Assembly: GCA_903919315.1 (NCBI GenBank)
Contig: CAIXHP010000026.1
Location: 10,428 to 74,427 of the forward strand
Reading direction: 5' to 3'
DNA length: 64,000 nt
Source: an uncultured Pseudomonadota bacterium
Lineage (GTDB): Bacteria > Pseudomonadota > Alphaproteobacteria > UBA9219
Each line of letters opens with the position of its first letter. The stretch's first letter is position 1. A program made the translations under genes and the position numbers. A model generated the notes under the pieces. That model ran no database searches and was not told the DNA's origin. It saw only the letters and a program-made list of their open reading frames with translations. This document shows, in pieces, positions 19,411-29,308 of the stretch.

Positions 19411-20048
19411 TGCGGGACGGATTTGTCATTTTACCGATAGCCTGTGAGGAAACCGTGTCAATCACACTCCGAACCGCCAAGATTTTTTCCCTGTGCCTCT
19501 TGGCCTTGGGCCTGAGCACACTTTTTCCGAACAACGCCAAAGCGGATCGTCTTTTTCCACCCTTTAAAGGCGACACACTCAACGTCTGCGACGGTGATGA
19601 CCAGCTATTGATCTGGGATAAAGACGCGGGGAAAAACAAATGTACGGATACATTTGCGATCGTCAATACGGCTGCCTGTCCTCCTAATCAATATATGGTC
19701 CATATCGTCGGTGGCAATATCAGCTGCGTTGGCTACGCCCCAGCCGGAATTTCTTGTCCTGACGGACAATTCATGACTGGGATCGATGCCTCCGGAGCAC
19801 CTATCTGCGCCGCCAAAGCCCCTAACCTATGCCCTCCGCCGCCAAGAGCTTGCACAGGCGGCTGGGCTCAAAGTGGCCACTCAGGAACTGGCGAGCATTG
19901 GTGTAATGATTATACTGGTGATGGTGTCTGCACGTCATATCCTGGCCACTGTAGAGGAACCTGCTCAACAAGAGGGCCAACAGCTTCGGCCTGCAGTGGT
20001 CGCGTCTGTCGAGATACCTATATCTGCACCGGCACGACAACGCCCTAG
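19410..20048 (+). CDS. Secreted cysteine-rich protein, paralog C (core plus Cys/Gly-rich extension). Alternative GTG start at 19455 gives a canonical signal peptide.
   Basis: ATG overlaps the B stop (TGATG). AKA followed by DRLFPP. Same core motifs (LLIWD, CPPNQYMVHIV, CPDGQFMTGID). Confidence 0.55.
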   Translation: MRDGFVILPIACEETVSITLRTAKIFSLCLLALGLSTLFPNNAKADRLFPPFKGDTLNVCDGDDQLLIWDKDAGKNKCTDTFAIVNTAACPPNQYMVHIVGGNISCVGYAPAGISCPDGQFMTGIDASGAPICAAKAPNLCPPPPRACTGGWAQSGHSGTGEHWCNDYTGDGVCTSYPGHCRGTCSTRGPTASACSGRVCRDTYICTGTTTP

Positions 20049-20148
20049 CATGCTCCATGCCAGTTAGATGGGTGTGTGCGCTTTGCGGTTGAATTCATGC
20101 ATTGCGCCACGCCCCTATCCTCGCTATAACGCCACGCGAAGACACAGT

Positions 20149-20225
20149 CGGAGAGTAGCTCAGCCCGGTAGAGCACTGCCTTCGGGAGGCAGGGGCCGGA
20201 GGTTCGAATCCTCTCTCTCCGACCA
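20149..20225 (+). tRNA. tRNA-Pro (anticodon CGG)
   Basis: 77-nt cloverleaf: acceptor CGGAGAG/CTCTCCG, D-arm AGCTCAGCCCGGTAGAGC, anticodon stem CTGCC/GGCAG with loop TTCGGGA, T-arm GGTTCGAATCC, 3' CCA encoded. Confidence 0.85.
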
Positions 20226-20285
20226 TTTCAACGATCACCGCGCATGATTTGATGAGGCCTCAGCCTAAACGGCGCACGCGGCGTT

Positions 20286-21848
20286 CTAGGTCACCACCTC
20301 GGCCGCTCCGCCCTCGCGCTGGACCACGAGCCAGTTCTGGCGGCCGGTCTGGAAGTTGATGCTGCCGGTCAACCCCAATGCCTCCAGCGTGTGAACGTAC
20401 AATCCGCGTAGTTCTTCGGGCAAGCCATGGGGAAGGGGGCGCTCGCTCCGCACGACAAGTTCAAGCTGCCGTGGCCGTGCCAGCCCGTCCATTTGCATCG
20501 CCCCGAGGCGCGACATGTTCATGCTGATAAGAAAGCGCGTTTGCTTCGCAAGCTCAGCTCCGGCCAAGCTCGACTGCCTCTGCTGGCCGTCCCGATGCAC
20601 ATAGAGCCTGAGCATCTGGAACTGCCCTTGATCGATGATCGGAAAGGGGAAAGCCCGCCACTCCCCGACCGTGGTGTCGCGGGCTGGGGCCGAGGCCTGT
20701 TGCAGTTCGTCGATCAGCTTGGCGATAAGCTCGCGTTTTCCGTCTTTGTCCAGCTTGCCCGTCGCCTCTTCGCCCAGCCATCCCGTCACGCCGCTCTGCT
20801 GCAAGACGTTGAACAGAAACAGCATGGAACCGGGCAGGGCAGCGTTGGCTTGCGGAACCCGCGTGTGCAAGACCTGCTGCGCCAGTGCCGGATCAAGCTG
20901 CTGCAACGCCGCCATCAATTTTTGCAAAGAGGGAGCTGAATCGTCTGGGTTTATCGGCCATGCAATCGCCGCTGCTTCCTCCGACGGAAGCACCGATAAC
21001 AGGAGTCTGCTTCCCGTTGGCAAGTCCGCGCTCTGGCGCACGAAGAGCGATGTGCCCTCGACACGCAGCAAAAGCCCGCCATGACCGCCTTTGCCGACCA
21101 CGGTGGCAACAAACTGGTCGGCTGTTTCGGGAACCGGCGCTAACGCATTCGGCGCGACGACGCTATCAACCCGTAGCCTCAGCTCCGCGCCAAAGCTTTG
21201 AAGATTCACATTGGCAGGGCCGGTCTTCACCACCGCCCCCGTCGTCACGGATGGCGTTTGAGCAACCGCCGTCGATGAGATGGCTTTCGGCAAAGCCTGC
21301 GTTGCGGGAGCCGTACCCCCTGAAGAGGTCGTCGCCAACTTGGTTGATGGCTCCGGCACCCGCCCGAAATCCCCCGGCAAGACAACGGCTGAAAGCGTCA
21401 GTCCGGGCGCGATAGGCGGCCCTGATGGCTTGAGTCCCTGAGCGAAGGCGACTAACGGCGCTGCGGAACTTCCGCCTGCAAACGGCTCCATGACCGAAGG
21501 CGGCACCAGCAAGAATGCCTGTGTCGGAGGACTTCCGGGTTGGAGGATGAGGCCGACGGGACGTTGGCTCTGTGCCATCGGCGCAAGAAACGAAGCCAGA
21601 GGATTGGTCGTGCCGTTCGGCAGAGGCGAAGCGCCGAGAGTCAAATTTCCCGCCGCCGTTTGCATCGTAAAAACGCCGTCATCCAACAGCGCCACAATCG
21701 GGCCGTTAAGTTGGATCGCGCGAGCCAATTGCTCAAGCTTGCTCGGCAGGGACTGGATCGCAACGCTTAACAACGCCACTTCGTCCGGCACAGCGTTCGT
21801 TAACAAGGCCGTCGCAACGGTGGCATTCAGAGGGGGGAGATCGACCAT
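20286..21848 (-). CDS. Putative flagellar hook-length control protein (FliK-like). Pro/Ala/Thr-rich with a FliK-like C-terminal domain.
   Basis: Last gene of the flagellar operon. C-terminal region ...MSRLGAMQMDGLARPRQLELVV..ERPLPHGLPEELRGLYVHTLEALGLTG fits the FliK C-terminal pattern. Low-complexity N-terminal two-thirds. Confidence 0.4.
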   Translation of the reverse strand: MVDLPPLNATVATALLTNAVPDEVALLSVAIQSLPSKLEQLARAIQLNGPIVALLDDGVFTMQTAAGNLTLGASPLPNGTTNPLASFLAPMAQSQRPVGLILQPGSPPTQAFLLVPPSVMEPFAGGSSAAPLVAFAQGLKPSGPPIAPGLTLSAVVLPGDFGRVPEPSTKLATTSSGGTAPATQALPKAISSTAVAQTPSVTTGAVVKTGPANVNLQSFGAELRLRVDSVVAPNALAPVPETADQFVATVVGKGGHGGLLLRVEGTSLFVRQSADLPTGSRLLLSVLPSEEAAAIAWPINPDDSAPSLQKLMAALQQLDPALAQQVLHTRVPQANAALPGSMLFLFNVLQQSGVTGWLGEEATGKLDKDGKRELIAKLIDELQQASAPARDTTVGEWRAFPFPIIDQGQFQMLRLYVHRDGQQRQSSLAGAELAKQTRFLISMNMSRLGAMQMDGLARPRQLELVVRSERPLPHGLPEELRGLYVHTLEALGLTGSINFQTGRQNWLVVQREGGAAEVVT

Positions 21849-21866
21849 CGCCAGCCCCCGCGCCGG

Positions 21867-22685
21867 TCAGCGGTTGAGCAACTGTCCGGCGATAATCTGA
21901 CCGGCGATAAGAGTGACATCGCTGGCCGCTTCACAGTTCGGCGAACGCGTCAAAAGCGGTGTCTGCGCCCGAATAGCGTCGCGCACCTTGAGGTCGCGGC
22001 GAACGATTCCCGCCAACGGCGGCGTGTAGCGCAGGAAGGTTTCCGCCGCCTTGCGGATCGTGTCGTAGGTCTTCTGCCCTTCGTTGGTGGTGTTGGCCAT
22101 ATTGACCACCACGCGCAGATCGGCATGAGGATTGGCCGCTCGCGCCAGTTTGATGAAGGCATAAGCGTCCGTGAGCGATGTCGGCTCGTCTGTAACCAAA
22201 ACATAAGTCGTGGCGGCTGGCCCCGCCATTTGCCGCGTGGCGCGATCCACGCCCGCGCCCAAGTCAATCGCCGCTAGATCATAGTTTTGCGCCAAACCGA
22301 CAAGCGCTTGCCGCAAGTCGGCGACTTTTTGCGTCGCCAGCGTGGCAAGGCTGCCCGACCCTGAACGTCCCGCGAGAATGTCAAACCCGCCTTCAGGATA
22401 GGGCGTTACGGCTTCGGGCAAGCCGATTTCGCCGTCCATGACATGGGCCAAGTCCTTTTCCGGCGTTAGCCCCAGTTGAATATCGACGTTCGCCAGCCCC
22501 AAATCGCCATCGAACAACAACACCCGCTTGCCGCGCTTCGCCAAGGCGTGACAGAGAGTAACGGCAAACCAAGTCTTGCCCACGCCTCCCTTGCCGCTGG
22601 CAATCGCGATCATGTTCGGGCAATGGAGCGCCGCGACGGGCGAAAAACTGCGATCAGTCTTGAGCGGGACGGGATCGGTCATCAT
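21867..22685 (-). CDS. flhG: Flagellar number/placement MinD-like ATPase (FlhG/FleN/MotR)
   Basis: Deviant Walker A IAIASGKGGVGKT. Immediately downstream of flhF with a 4-nt overlap. Confidence 0.8.
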   Translation of the reverse strand: MMTDPVPLKTDRSFSPVAALHCPNMIAIASGKGGVGKTWFAVTLCHALAKRGKRVLLFDGDLGLANVDIQLGLTPEKDLAHVMDGEIGLPEAVTPYPEGGFDILAGRSGSGSLATLATQKVADLRQALVGLAQNYDLAAIDLGAGVDRATRQMAGPAATTYVLVTDEPTSLTDAYAFIKLARAANPHADLRVVVNMANTTNEGQKTYDTIRKAAETFLRYTPPLAGIVRRDLKVRDAIRAQTPLLTRSPNCEAASDVTLIAGQIIAGQLLNR

Positions 22686-23668
22686 GGAACTCCTGTTGCA
22701 TTCTTGGCGACGCGCGCCGTCGCTTGGGCTTCCTGCGCCAGAACCAAACGCGCGAGGGCAATGGGGTTCAAAGGCTGCGGCGCTTCGGTCACTTTGCTGG
22801 TCACGCTGAAATTCGCGAGCGGCATCTTGGTTTCAAACGCCAGCCTCATCAAGCCGCCCAAACGGCGCGTCATGTCGAGACGTGTCATCAAAAGGCGCGA
22901 AGCGCCCATCGCGCGAAACGCCTGAGCCATGTCGATGGCTTCGCTGGAGTCCATGTCGGCGGGAAGAACAAGAACGGTATCGCCCGCCGCCGCCGCGATC
23001 ATCGGCTGGAGCTGCGCTCGGTCGATTTCGCAAAAGGGATTGCGTCCCGCCGTGTCGATCAGCGCCAGACTGTCGGGCTGAATCCCAATGGCCTCGCGCA
23101 AAGCATGCGCGTCTTCGATTTCCATAAGCTTTAACTTCAGCAGCCGCGTAAAGGCCGCCAATTGCTCCATGCCGCCCGCGCGCTCTGTGTCCGTGCTGAT
23201 GACCATCACGGCTTTTTTGTTAAGCGTCGCCTTGGTGGCGAATTTGGCGGTGCAGAGAGTCTTTCCGGCTCCCGGCGGGCCGACAAAGAGCAACGGCTTG
23301 GCCGATTTGTCTTCGACAATAGGCTGGAACTTGAAATGCGCGTCAAAGGCCGCGCCGAGGGCCAGAACCGGATCGTCGTTCGTGAACTGCGTCGCCGCTG
23401 CCAGCAACCGCTCGGCCAACGCGTTTGAAACCTGATGCCGCAGCAAGGCGCTGGCGATAATCTCGATAACTTCGGAGCCGGGCGCGACGACTGGCTCCGG
23501 CGCATCGTCCTCCATGGGCGGCGGCGTATCGTCAATGGCCGCCGTGACGCGAATACCCCCCATGTCGTCGTCGCGCGTGGCCACGATAATGGCGTTGTCG
23601 CCCAAAGCCTCGCGCACGAGTCGCATCGCGTCGGTGAGGGTGGCTCCATGAAAGGATTTCAACCGCAT
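22682..23668 (-). CDS. flhF: Flagellar biosynthesis SRP-type GTPase FlhF
   Basis: GPPGAGKTLCTAKFA (G1), DTAGR (G3), follows flhA. Confidence 0.85.
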   Translation of the reverse strand: MRLKSFHGATLTDAMRLVREALGDNAIIVATRDDDMGGIRVTAAIDDTPPPMEDDAPEPVVAPGSEVIEIIASALLRHQVSNALAERLLAAATQFTNDDPVLALGAAFDAHFKFQPIVEDKSAKPLLFVGPPGAGKTLCTAKFATKATLNKKAVMVISTDTERAGGMEQLAAFTRLLKLKLMEIEDAHALREAIGIQPDSLALIDTAGRNPFCEIDRAQLQPMIAAAAGDTVLVLPADMDSSEAIDMAQAFRAMGASRLLMTRLDMTRRLGGLMRLAFETKMPLANFSVTSKVTEAPQPLNPIALARLVLAQEAQATARVAKNATGVP

Positions 23669-23669
23669 G

Positions 23670-25778
23670 TCAAATCTGCCCTAACGTCTTGATCTTCGCC
23701 TTTGGATAAATCTCGTTCTGCGACAACACGGTGGTCGTGGGGCGGAAACGCTCGACAATCGACCGCACATAGGGGCGAATGCCGGGGCTGGTCAACAGCA
23801 CCGGGGACTCGCCCGCCGCCGCCAGACGGTCATAGGTCTGGCGCACCGCATTGATGAACTGCTGCAACTTGCTCGGCAGCATCGCGAGGCGCTTTTCGTC
23901 GCCGTCGCCCGTAAGGGATTCCGCGAAAGCCTGTTCCCACTCCGCCGACAAGGTGAGGAGGGGGATATAGCCCATATCATTGGTGTGCGCGTCGGAAATT
24001 TGACGCGCGAGGCGGGCGCGCACATGTTCCGAAATCGCCGAAAGATTGCGCGTGATGCTGGTCGCTTCGGCGATGCCCTCCAAAATGGCGGGAAGGTCGC
24101 GCACAGAAACGCGCTCGGCGAGAAGATTCTGCAAAATCCGCTGCAAGCCGCTGAGCGTGATCTGGCTCGGCACGACATCGGCGACAAGGCGTTGCTGGTC
24201 TTTGTTGATCTCGTCCAGAAGCTTTTGCGTCTCGGCGTAGGAGAGCAGCTCGGACATATTGTCCTTGATCAGTTCGGTCAGATGCGTGGTGATGACGGTG
24301 GGCGGATCGACGACGGTATAGCCTTTGAACAACGCTTCTTCGCGATACGTCGAGTCCACCCACATCGCAGGCAGTCCAAAAGTCGGCTCAACCGTCGTTT
24401 CGCCGGGCAGGGCGATGTTATGACCGCGCGGATCCATCACCAACAACATGCCGGGCCGCAATTCGCCCCGTCCGGCTTCGATTTCCTTGACGCGGATGAC
24501 ATAGGTGTTGGGCGGAAGCTGCAAGTTGTCCTGTATCCGCACGGCGGGCATAATGAACCCCATGTCACCCGCCAACTGGCGGCGCAAGCCCTTGATCTGG
24601 TCGGTCAGACGTTGCCCCGCCTCGCTGTTGATCAGTCCGAGCAAGGCGTAGCCAAGTTCCAGCCGGATCAGGTCGATATAAAGCGCGCGTCCGATAGGCT
24701 CCTCGGCGGCAGGCGCGGGTTTCGTCAGGGCGGTTTCAGCCGCGACCTTGGCTTCCGCGCGGCCACGCTGCGATTGCATGACGCTGTAAGCGCCAAACCC
24801 GGCAATGCCGCCCAATGCGGCAAAGGGCACAAAGGGCATGCCCGGTATGAGCGCCAAAGTCATAAGCATGGCGGAGGTTAGGCCCAACGCGCTGGGATAA
24901 CCGCTCAACTGCGTGAACAAGGCTTTGTCGGTCGAACCGGCCACGCCCGCCTTTGACACCAACAGACCGGAGGCGACCGAGACGAGCAGGGCGGGAATCT
25001 GCGTTACCAGCCCGTCGCCGACGGTCAACCGCACATAGGATTCCGCCGCCTGCAGAACTTCCATATCGTGGCGGAAAGCGCCGATTGTGATGCCGACGAC
25101 GATGTTGATCGCGGTAATGACCAGTCCGGCGATAGCGTCGCCACGCACGAACTTGGCCGCGCCGTCCATGGAGCCGAAAAAGTTGCTCTCGTCCTCCAGT
25201 TCCTTGCGGCGGCGACGCGCTTCGTTTTCGTCGATCAGGCCGGACGACATATCCGCGTCGATTGCCATCTGCTTGCCGGGCATGGCATCCAAGGTGAAAC
25301 GCGCCGCGACTTCGGCGATACGCCCTGAACCTTTGGTGATCACGACGAAATTGACGAGGGTGAGGATGGCGAAAACCGTCACGCCGATGATGAAGTCGCC
25401 GCCCATCACCATCTCGGCAAAGGCGCGCACGACTTGCCCCGCCGCCTCTTCGCCTTCATGCCCGCGCGTCAGGATGAGGCGCGTCGTGCTGAGATTCATC
25501 GCCAGCCGTATCATGGTGGTGATGAGAAGAACCGTCGGAAACGAGCTAAAGTCCAGCGGCTTGGCGATAAACAGAACGGTCATCAGAATGACGACCGAAA
25601 AAGTGATGGAGATCGCCAGCCCGAAATCCACCAACAACGGCGGAATTGGCACGACCAACACGGTCAAGATGACCATCAAACCAAGCGCAAGCCAAATCTC
25701 GCCGCGCCGGAACAGGCTGTTCAGCCCATCCATGCCGCCGGACGACGCATCGACCGCCGCTGTGGTTTGATCCGTCAT
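23670..25778 (-). CDS. flhA: Flagellar export apparatus protein FlhA
   Basis: 702 aa. N-terminal TM region with the FHIPEP motif. Large cytoplasmic C-domain. Confidence 0.95.
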   Translation of the reverse strand: MTDQTTAAVDASSGGMDGLNSLFRRGEIWLALGLMVILTVLVVPIPPLLVDFGLAISITFSVVILMTVLFIAKPLDFSSFPTVLLITTMIRLAMNLSTTRLILTRGHEGEEAAGQVVRAFAEMVMGGDFIIGVTVFAILTLVNFVVITKGSGRIAEVAARFTLDAMPGKQMAIDADMSSGLIDENEARRRRKELEDESNFFGSMDGAAKFVRGDAIAGLVITAINIVVGITIGAFRHDMEVLQAAESYVRLTVGDGLVTQIPALLVSVASGLLVSKAGVAGSTDKALFTQLSGYPSALGLTSAMLMTLALIPGMPFVPFAALGGIAGFGAYSVMQSQRGRAEAKVAAETALTKPAPAAEEPIGRALYIDLIRLELGYALLGLINSEAGQRLTDQIKGLRRQLAGDMGFIMPAVRIQDNLQLPPNTYVIRVKEIEAGRGELRPGMLLVMDPRGHNIALPGETTVEPTFGLPAMWVDSTYREEALFKGYTVVDPPTVITTHLTELIKDNMSELLSYAETQKLLDEINKDQQRLVADVVPSQITLSGLQRILQNLLAERVSVRDLPAILEGIAEATSITRNLSAISEHVRARLARQISDAHTNDMGYIPLLTLSAEWEQAFAESLTGDGDEKRLAMLPSKLQQFINAVRQTYDRLAAAGESPVLLTSPGIRPYVRSIVERFRPTTTVLSQNEIYPKAKIKTLGQI

Positions 25779-25796
25779 GAGCTGTAGCCGCGCATA

Positions 25797-27188
25797 TTAC
25801 GACACCGCTCGTTCCGCTTCGCCGGAAGGCGGCACGGGAACGCCGGACTCGCTGTAGAGTTTGAGTTTGTTGCGCAAGGTGCGGATCGATATGCCGAGAA
25901 TATTTGCGGCGTGCGTGCGGTTGCCGAGGCAGTGTTGCAGCGTGTCGATAATCAGATCGCGCTCGACATCGGCCACCGTGCGCCCAACCAAACCACCTAC
26001 GACTCCGACGTGCTGTTCCGACATCGAGGAACGTCCCGCAGCCGCTTGCGTCGCCATAGCAACGGGGGACGAAGCTTCGGGGACGAGTCCCTGACCCGAC
26101 AACATGACGGCCTCGGCCTCGATCTGGTTGCTTCGCGCCATGAGGACGGCGCGGTGCATCGTATTCTCTAACTCTCGCACGTTGCCGCGCCAGTGATGCG
26201 ATTGGAGCAGCCCCAAAGTCGCCGGAGCCAAGGGACGATCCGGCAAGCCATTGGCCGCCGCATATTTTCGCGCAAAATGCTCGGCCAACGGCACAATGTC
26301 CGCCAGACGATCCCGCAAGGGCGGCAAGTGAAGGCTGACGACATTGAGGCGGTAATAAAGGTCTTCGCGAAAACGCTTGGCTCGCACTTCGGCTTCCAGA
26401 TCGCGGTTCGATGTCGCCAGCAAACGGATGTCCACCTTGATCGGAGTCGTGCCGCCGACGCGGTCAATCTCGCGCTCCTGAATGGCGCGCAGCAACTTGG
26501 CCTGAAGGCGCAAATCCATCTCGCTGATTTCATCGAGCAGCAACGTGCCGCCGTTCGCTTCCTCAAACTTGCCGACACGCCGCGCGACCGCGCCGGTAAA
26601 AGCGCCCTTTTCATGTCCAAAGAGTTCGGATTCCAACAAATTATCGGGGATCGCGGCGCAGTTCAGGGAAACGAAATTGGCGTTGGCGCGGCGGCTCTTG
26701 CGATGAATGTAGTGCGCCATCACTTCCTTGCCGGTGCCGGACTCGCCGGTGATAAGGATCGAAGCGTCGCTGCCCGCGATCCGTTCGGCGATTTGCATGA
26801 CAGGCTGCATGGACGGATCGCGCGCGATAAACGTCGCGTCTTCCTCGGCCACGGCCTGCAGAACGGCGGCGATAAGATCGGCATCAGGCGGCAGGGGCAC
26901 ATATTCCTTGGCCCCCGAACGAATGGCGCGAACCGCCGCGCCTGCATCTGTGCCGATGCCGCAAGCCACGACAGGAACGATAATCCGTTCGTTCTTCAAG
27001 CTCTCGATCAGCTGTGCAATATCCATCACCACGTCGCACATGACGAGATCGGCACCCTGTCCGTTCCGCAAAGCGTTCAACGCGCCCTCGACACTGCCGA
27101 TATGCGACACCTTTGCGCCGCGTTGCGTCGCTATACGCCCAGCGGTCGCGATATGTCCTTCCATATGTCCGACGATCAAAAGTCTCAT
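25797..27188 (-). CDS. flbD: Sigma-54-dependent flagellar transcriptional activator (FlbD-like) with an atypical receiver domain
   Basis: AAA+ sigma-54 interaction domain ([29 protein letters not shown]). C-terminal Fis-type HTH. The receiver domain lacks the usual acidic DD pocket (LIVGHMEG). Confidence 0.85.
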   Translation of the reverse strand: MRLLIVGHMEGHIATAGRIATQRGAKVSHIGSVEGALNALRNGQGADLVMCDVVMDIAQLIESLKNERIIVPVVACGIGTDAGAAVRAIRSGAKEYVPLPPDADLIAAVLQAVAEEDATFIARDPSMQPVMQIAERIAGSDASILITGESGTGKEVMAHYIHRKSRRANANFVSLNCAAIPDNLLESELFGHEKGAFTGAVARRVGKFEEANGGTLLLDEISEMDLRLQAKLLRAIQEREIDRVGGTTPIKVDIRLLATSNRDLEAEVRAKRFREDLYYRLNVVSLHLPPLRDRLADIVPLAEHFARKYAAANGLPDRPLAPATLGLLQSHHWRGNVRELENTMHRAVLMARSNQIEAEAVMLSGQGLVPEASSPVAMATQAAAGRSSMSEQHVGVVGGLVGRTVADVERDLIIDTLQHCLGNRTHAANILGISIRTLRNKLKLYSESGVPVPPSGEAERAVS

Positions 27189-27268
27189 GAGCTGTTCCTC
27201 GCTTGTCTGTCATTCGGAGGAGGGGCATTGGGCGTTTGAATAAGCGCCATGATGCCTCCCTCCGGCGT

Positions 27269-27592
27269 CTAGTTCCGCTCCGTCTTGATGATTTCCGTCA
27301 TCGTAATCCCTAGCCGATCCTCCACGACGACGACTTCGCCGCGCGCGACGAGGCGATTGTTGACGTAGATGTCGATGGCTTCGCCGACCTTGCGGTCGAG
27401 TTCGATGACCGCGCCGCGACCGAGTTTCAGCAGGCTGCTCACCTGCATCGTCGCCTTGCCCAGCACGGCGGAAACCTCGACGGGAATGCCGTACACGGCT
27501 TCCAGATCAGTGATACTGGCGACAGCGCCGTCTTTCGGCTTTTCGCCGTTGCTGCTTTCCAGTTCGGAAAGGGTAAGGCTTTCATCGCTCAT
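27269..27592 (-). CDS. fliN: Flagellar motor switch protein FliN
   Basis: 107 aa. SpoA/FliN domain (IPVEVSAVLGK..M.V..LL.L..G.VIELD). Confidence 0.85.
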   Translation of the reverse strand: MSDESLTLSELESSNGEKPKDGAVASITDLEAVYGIPVEVSAVLGKATMQVSSLLKLGRGAVIELDRKVGEAIDIYVNNRLVARGEVVVVEDRLGITMTEIIKTERN

Positions 27593-28296
27593 AACGTTTC
27601 TCCTGATGGTGCGTTCGTCATAGATGGATCGGTGTTGGGCGAAGCTGGCAGGCTACCCGCCTGCGCCTCCTCAACGATGCGGTTGATGTCCTGCCACAGT
27701 TTTTCAGAGTCGCGCTCAATGCCGCCGTCCGCCCATTCGATACGGCAGTCGGCCGCGCCGAGATCCGGCTCGCCCAACACCACGACCTTGCCCGCATAAG
27801 CCTGACGCGCCGTAATGTCGGCAATCTTGGCGCTGATCGCGTCGAACTGCGCCTCGCCGACGCGAATGACCAGACGCGGCTCGCGCCCGATTTCGGTCAA
27901 TACCTGTGCGATAACGGCCTGAATTTCGTCGCAGCCATAGCGGGCGGCATAGGCGGGCATGATCTTGCGAGCGACGGCCACGGCCACGCATTGAAGATGT
28001 CCCATTTGTTCGCGCCACTGTTGCGCGGCCGCTTCGTTCAGCTCATTCAGCTTTTGCTCGACGCGCCCCAACAGCGTGTTCATCTGCTGGCGTTGCGTTT
28101 CCTCGGACGCTTTTTGCCCGGCGGCATAGCCGGATTCATAGGCCTGTTCGCGCACGGTTTCCAATTGCTGCTCGGTATAAGTCGGGGCAGGCGGCTTGTC
28201 GCCCTCCACTACGCCCAGCGCAAGGCCATCGTCGAACGAACGATCAAACAAATATTTTCGCATTGGCATCGCGTCAGTAGACAAGCTCATCCTCAT
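27589..28296 (-). CDS. fliH: Flagellar assembly protein FliH-like (FlbE-position gene)
   Basis: Gene between fliG and fliN. Coiled-coil Glu/Gln-rich N-terminus and a FliH-like C-terminus ([12 protein letters not shown]). Overlaps both neighbours. Confidence 0.6.
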   Translation of the reverse strand: MRMSLSTDAMPMRKYLFDRSFDDGLALGVVEGDKPPAPTYTEQQLETVREQAYESGYAAGQKASEETQRQQMNTLLGRVEQKLNELNEAAAQQWREQMGHLQCVAVAVARKIMPAYAARYGCDEIQAVIAQVLTEIGREPRLVIRVGEAQFDAISAKIADITARQAYAGKVVVLGEPDLGAADCRIEWADGGIERDSEKLWQDINRIVEEAQAGSLPASPNTDPSMTNAPSGETL

Positions 28297-29296
28297 TTTC
28301 TTTCGTAATCATAATTTCGCCCTTGGCGGCAAGTTCCTTGGCGACGGCGACGATGCTGCTCTGCGCTTCGTCCACGTCGCGCAGGCGCGTCGGGCCGAGC
28401 GCGGCGATGTCTTCGCGCAACAGCTTGCCCGCGCGTTCCGACATGTTGGAGAAGAACAGATCCTTGATCGCGTCCGAAGCGCCTTTGAGCGCGATTGGCA
28501 ATTTGGCCTTGTCGGCGGAGCGCAAAATGGTCTGGATCGCCGAACCGTCGAGCTTGCCCAAATCTTCGAAGGTGAACATCAGGCTCTTGATCTTTTCGGC
28601 GGAGTCGCGGCTGCGCTCTTCCAGCGCCGCGAGGAATTTGCTTTCGCTGGCGCGGTCGAGGTTGTTAAAGATTTCGGCCATCGCCTCGTGCGGATCGCGC
28701 CGGTTGGTGCGGGCAAGGTTGCTCATGAATTCGTTGCGCAGCGTCCGCTCAATGTCGTCGAGCACGTCTTTTTGCACCGACTCCATCCGCAGCATGCGCG
28801 TCACGACCTCCATTGCAAAGCTCTCCGGCAACTGCGACAAGACCTTGGCGGCATGATCCGGCTTGATCTTTGACACCACGACCGCGACGGTCTGGGGGTA
28901 TTCGTTCTTAAGAAAGTTGGCCAGAACGGCTTCGTTGACGTTGGCGAGCTTGTCCCACATCGTGCGGCCCGCCGGACCGCGAATGTCTTCCATGATGCTG
29001 TCGACGCGCGACTTGTCGAGCACTTTGGACAGCAACCGCTCGGTGGATTCCAGCGACCCCACCATCGCGCCGGTCGAAGACATCTGCTCCACGAATTCGA
29101 GACAGAGTTTCTCCACGAGCGTCGAGCTGACGTTGCCGACGTTGGCCATCACTTGCGAAAGTTCTTTAATCTCGTCGTCGTTCATGTGCGCGAAAATGCG
29201 CGCCGCGTTTTCCTCGCCGAGCGACAAGATAAACACAGCCGCGCGCTCCGGCCCGGAAAGGCTCCGTATGTCTTCACGAATGCGGACACCGGCCAT
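28274..29296 (-). CDS. fliG: Flagellar motor switch protein FliG
   Basis: 340 aa. Typical FliG N/M/C domain organisation ([11 protein letters not shown]...). Confidence 0.9.
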   Translation of the reverse strand: MAGVRIREDIRSLSGPERAAVFILSLGEENAARIFAHMNDDEIKELSQVMANVGNVSSTLVEKLCLEFVEQMSSTGAMVGSLESTERLLSKVLDKSRVDSIMEDIRGPAGRTMWDKLANVNEAVLANFLKNEYPQTVAVVVSKIKPDHAAKVLSQLPESFAMEVVTRMLRMESVQKDVLDDIERTLRNEFMSNLARTNRRDPHEAMAEIFNNLDRASESKFLAALEERSRDSAEKIKSLMFTFEDLGKLDGSAIQTILRSADKAKLPIALKGASDAIKDLFFSNMSERAGKLLREDIAALGPTRLRDVDEAQSSIVAVAKELAAKGEIMITKENEDELVY

Positions 29297-29308
29297 CGGT
29301 CTGCTCCC

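Noticed and set aside
18383-20225. tRNA-Pro as integration site making the Cys-rich trio a tRNA-associated island
   Set aside because: The trio lies on the 5' side of the tRNA, whereas islands integrate at the 3' end. The 3' side is the core flagellar operon. No integrase or direct repeat of the tRNA 3' end was seen.
27189-27268. Searched the flbD upstream gap for a sigma-54 or other obvious promoter
   Set aside because: Only TGGCGC-N...-GC with wrong spacing. No convincing promoter motif found.
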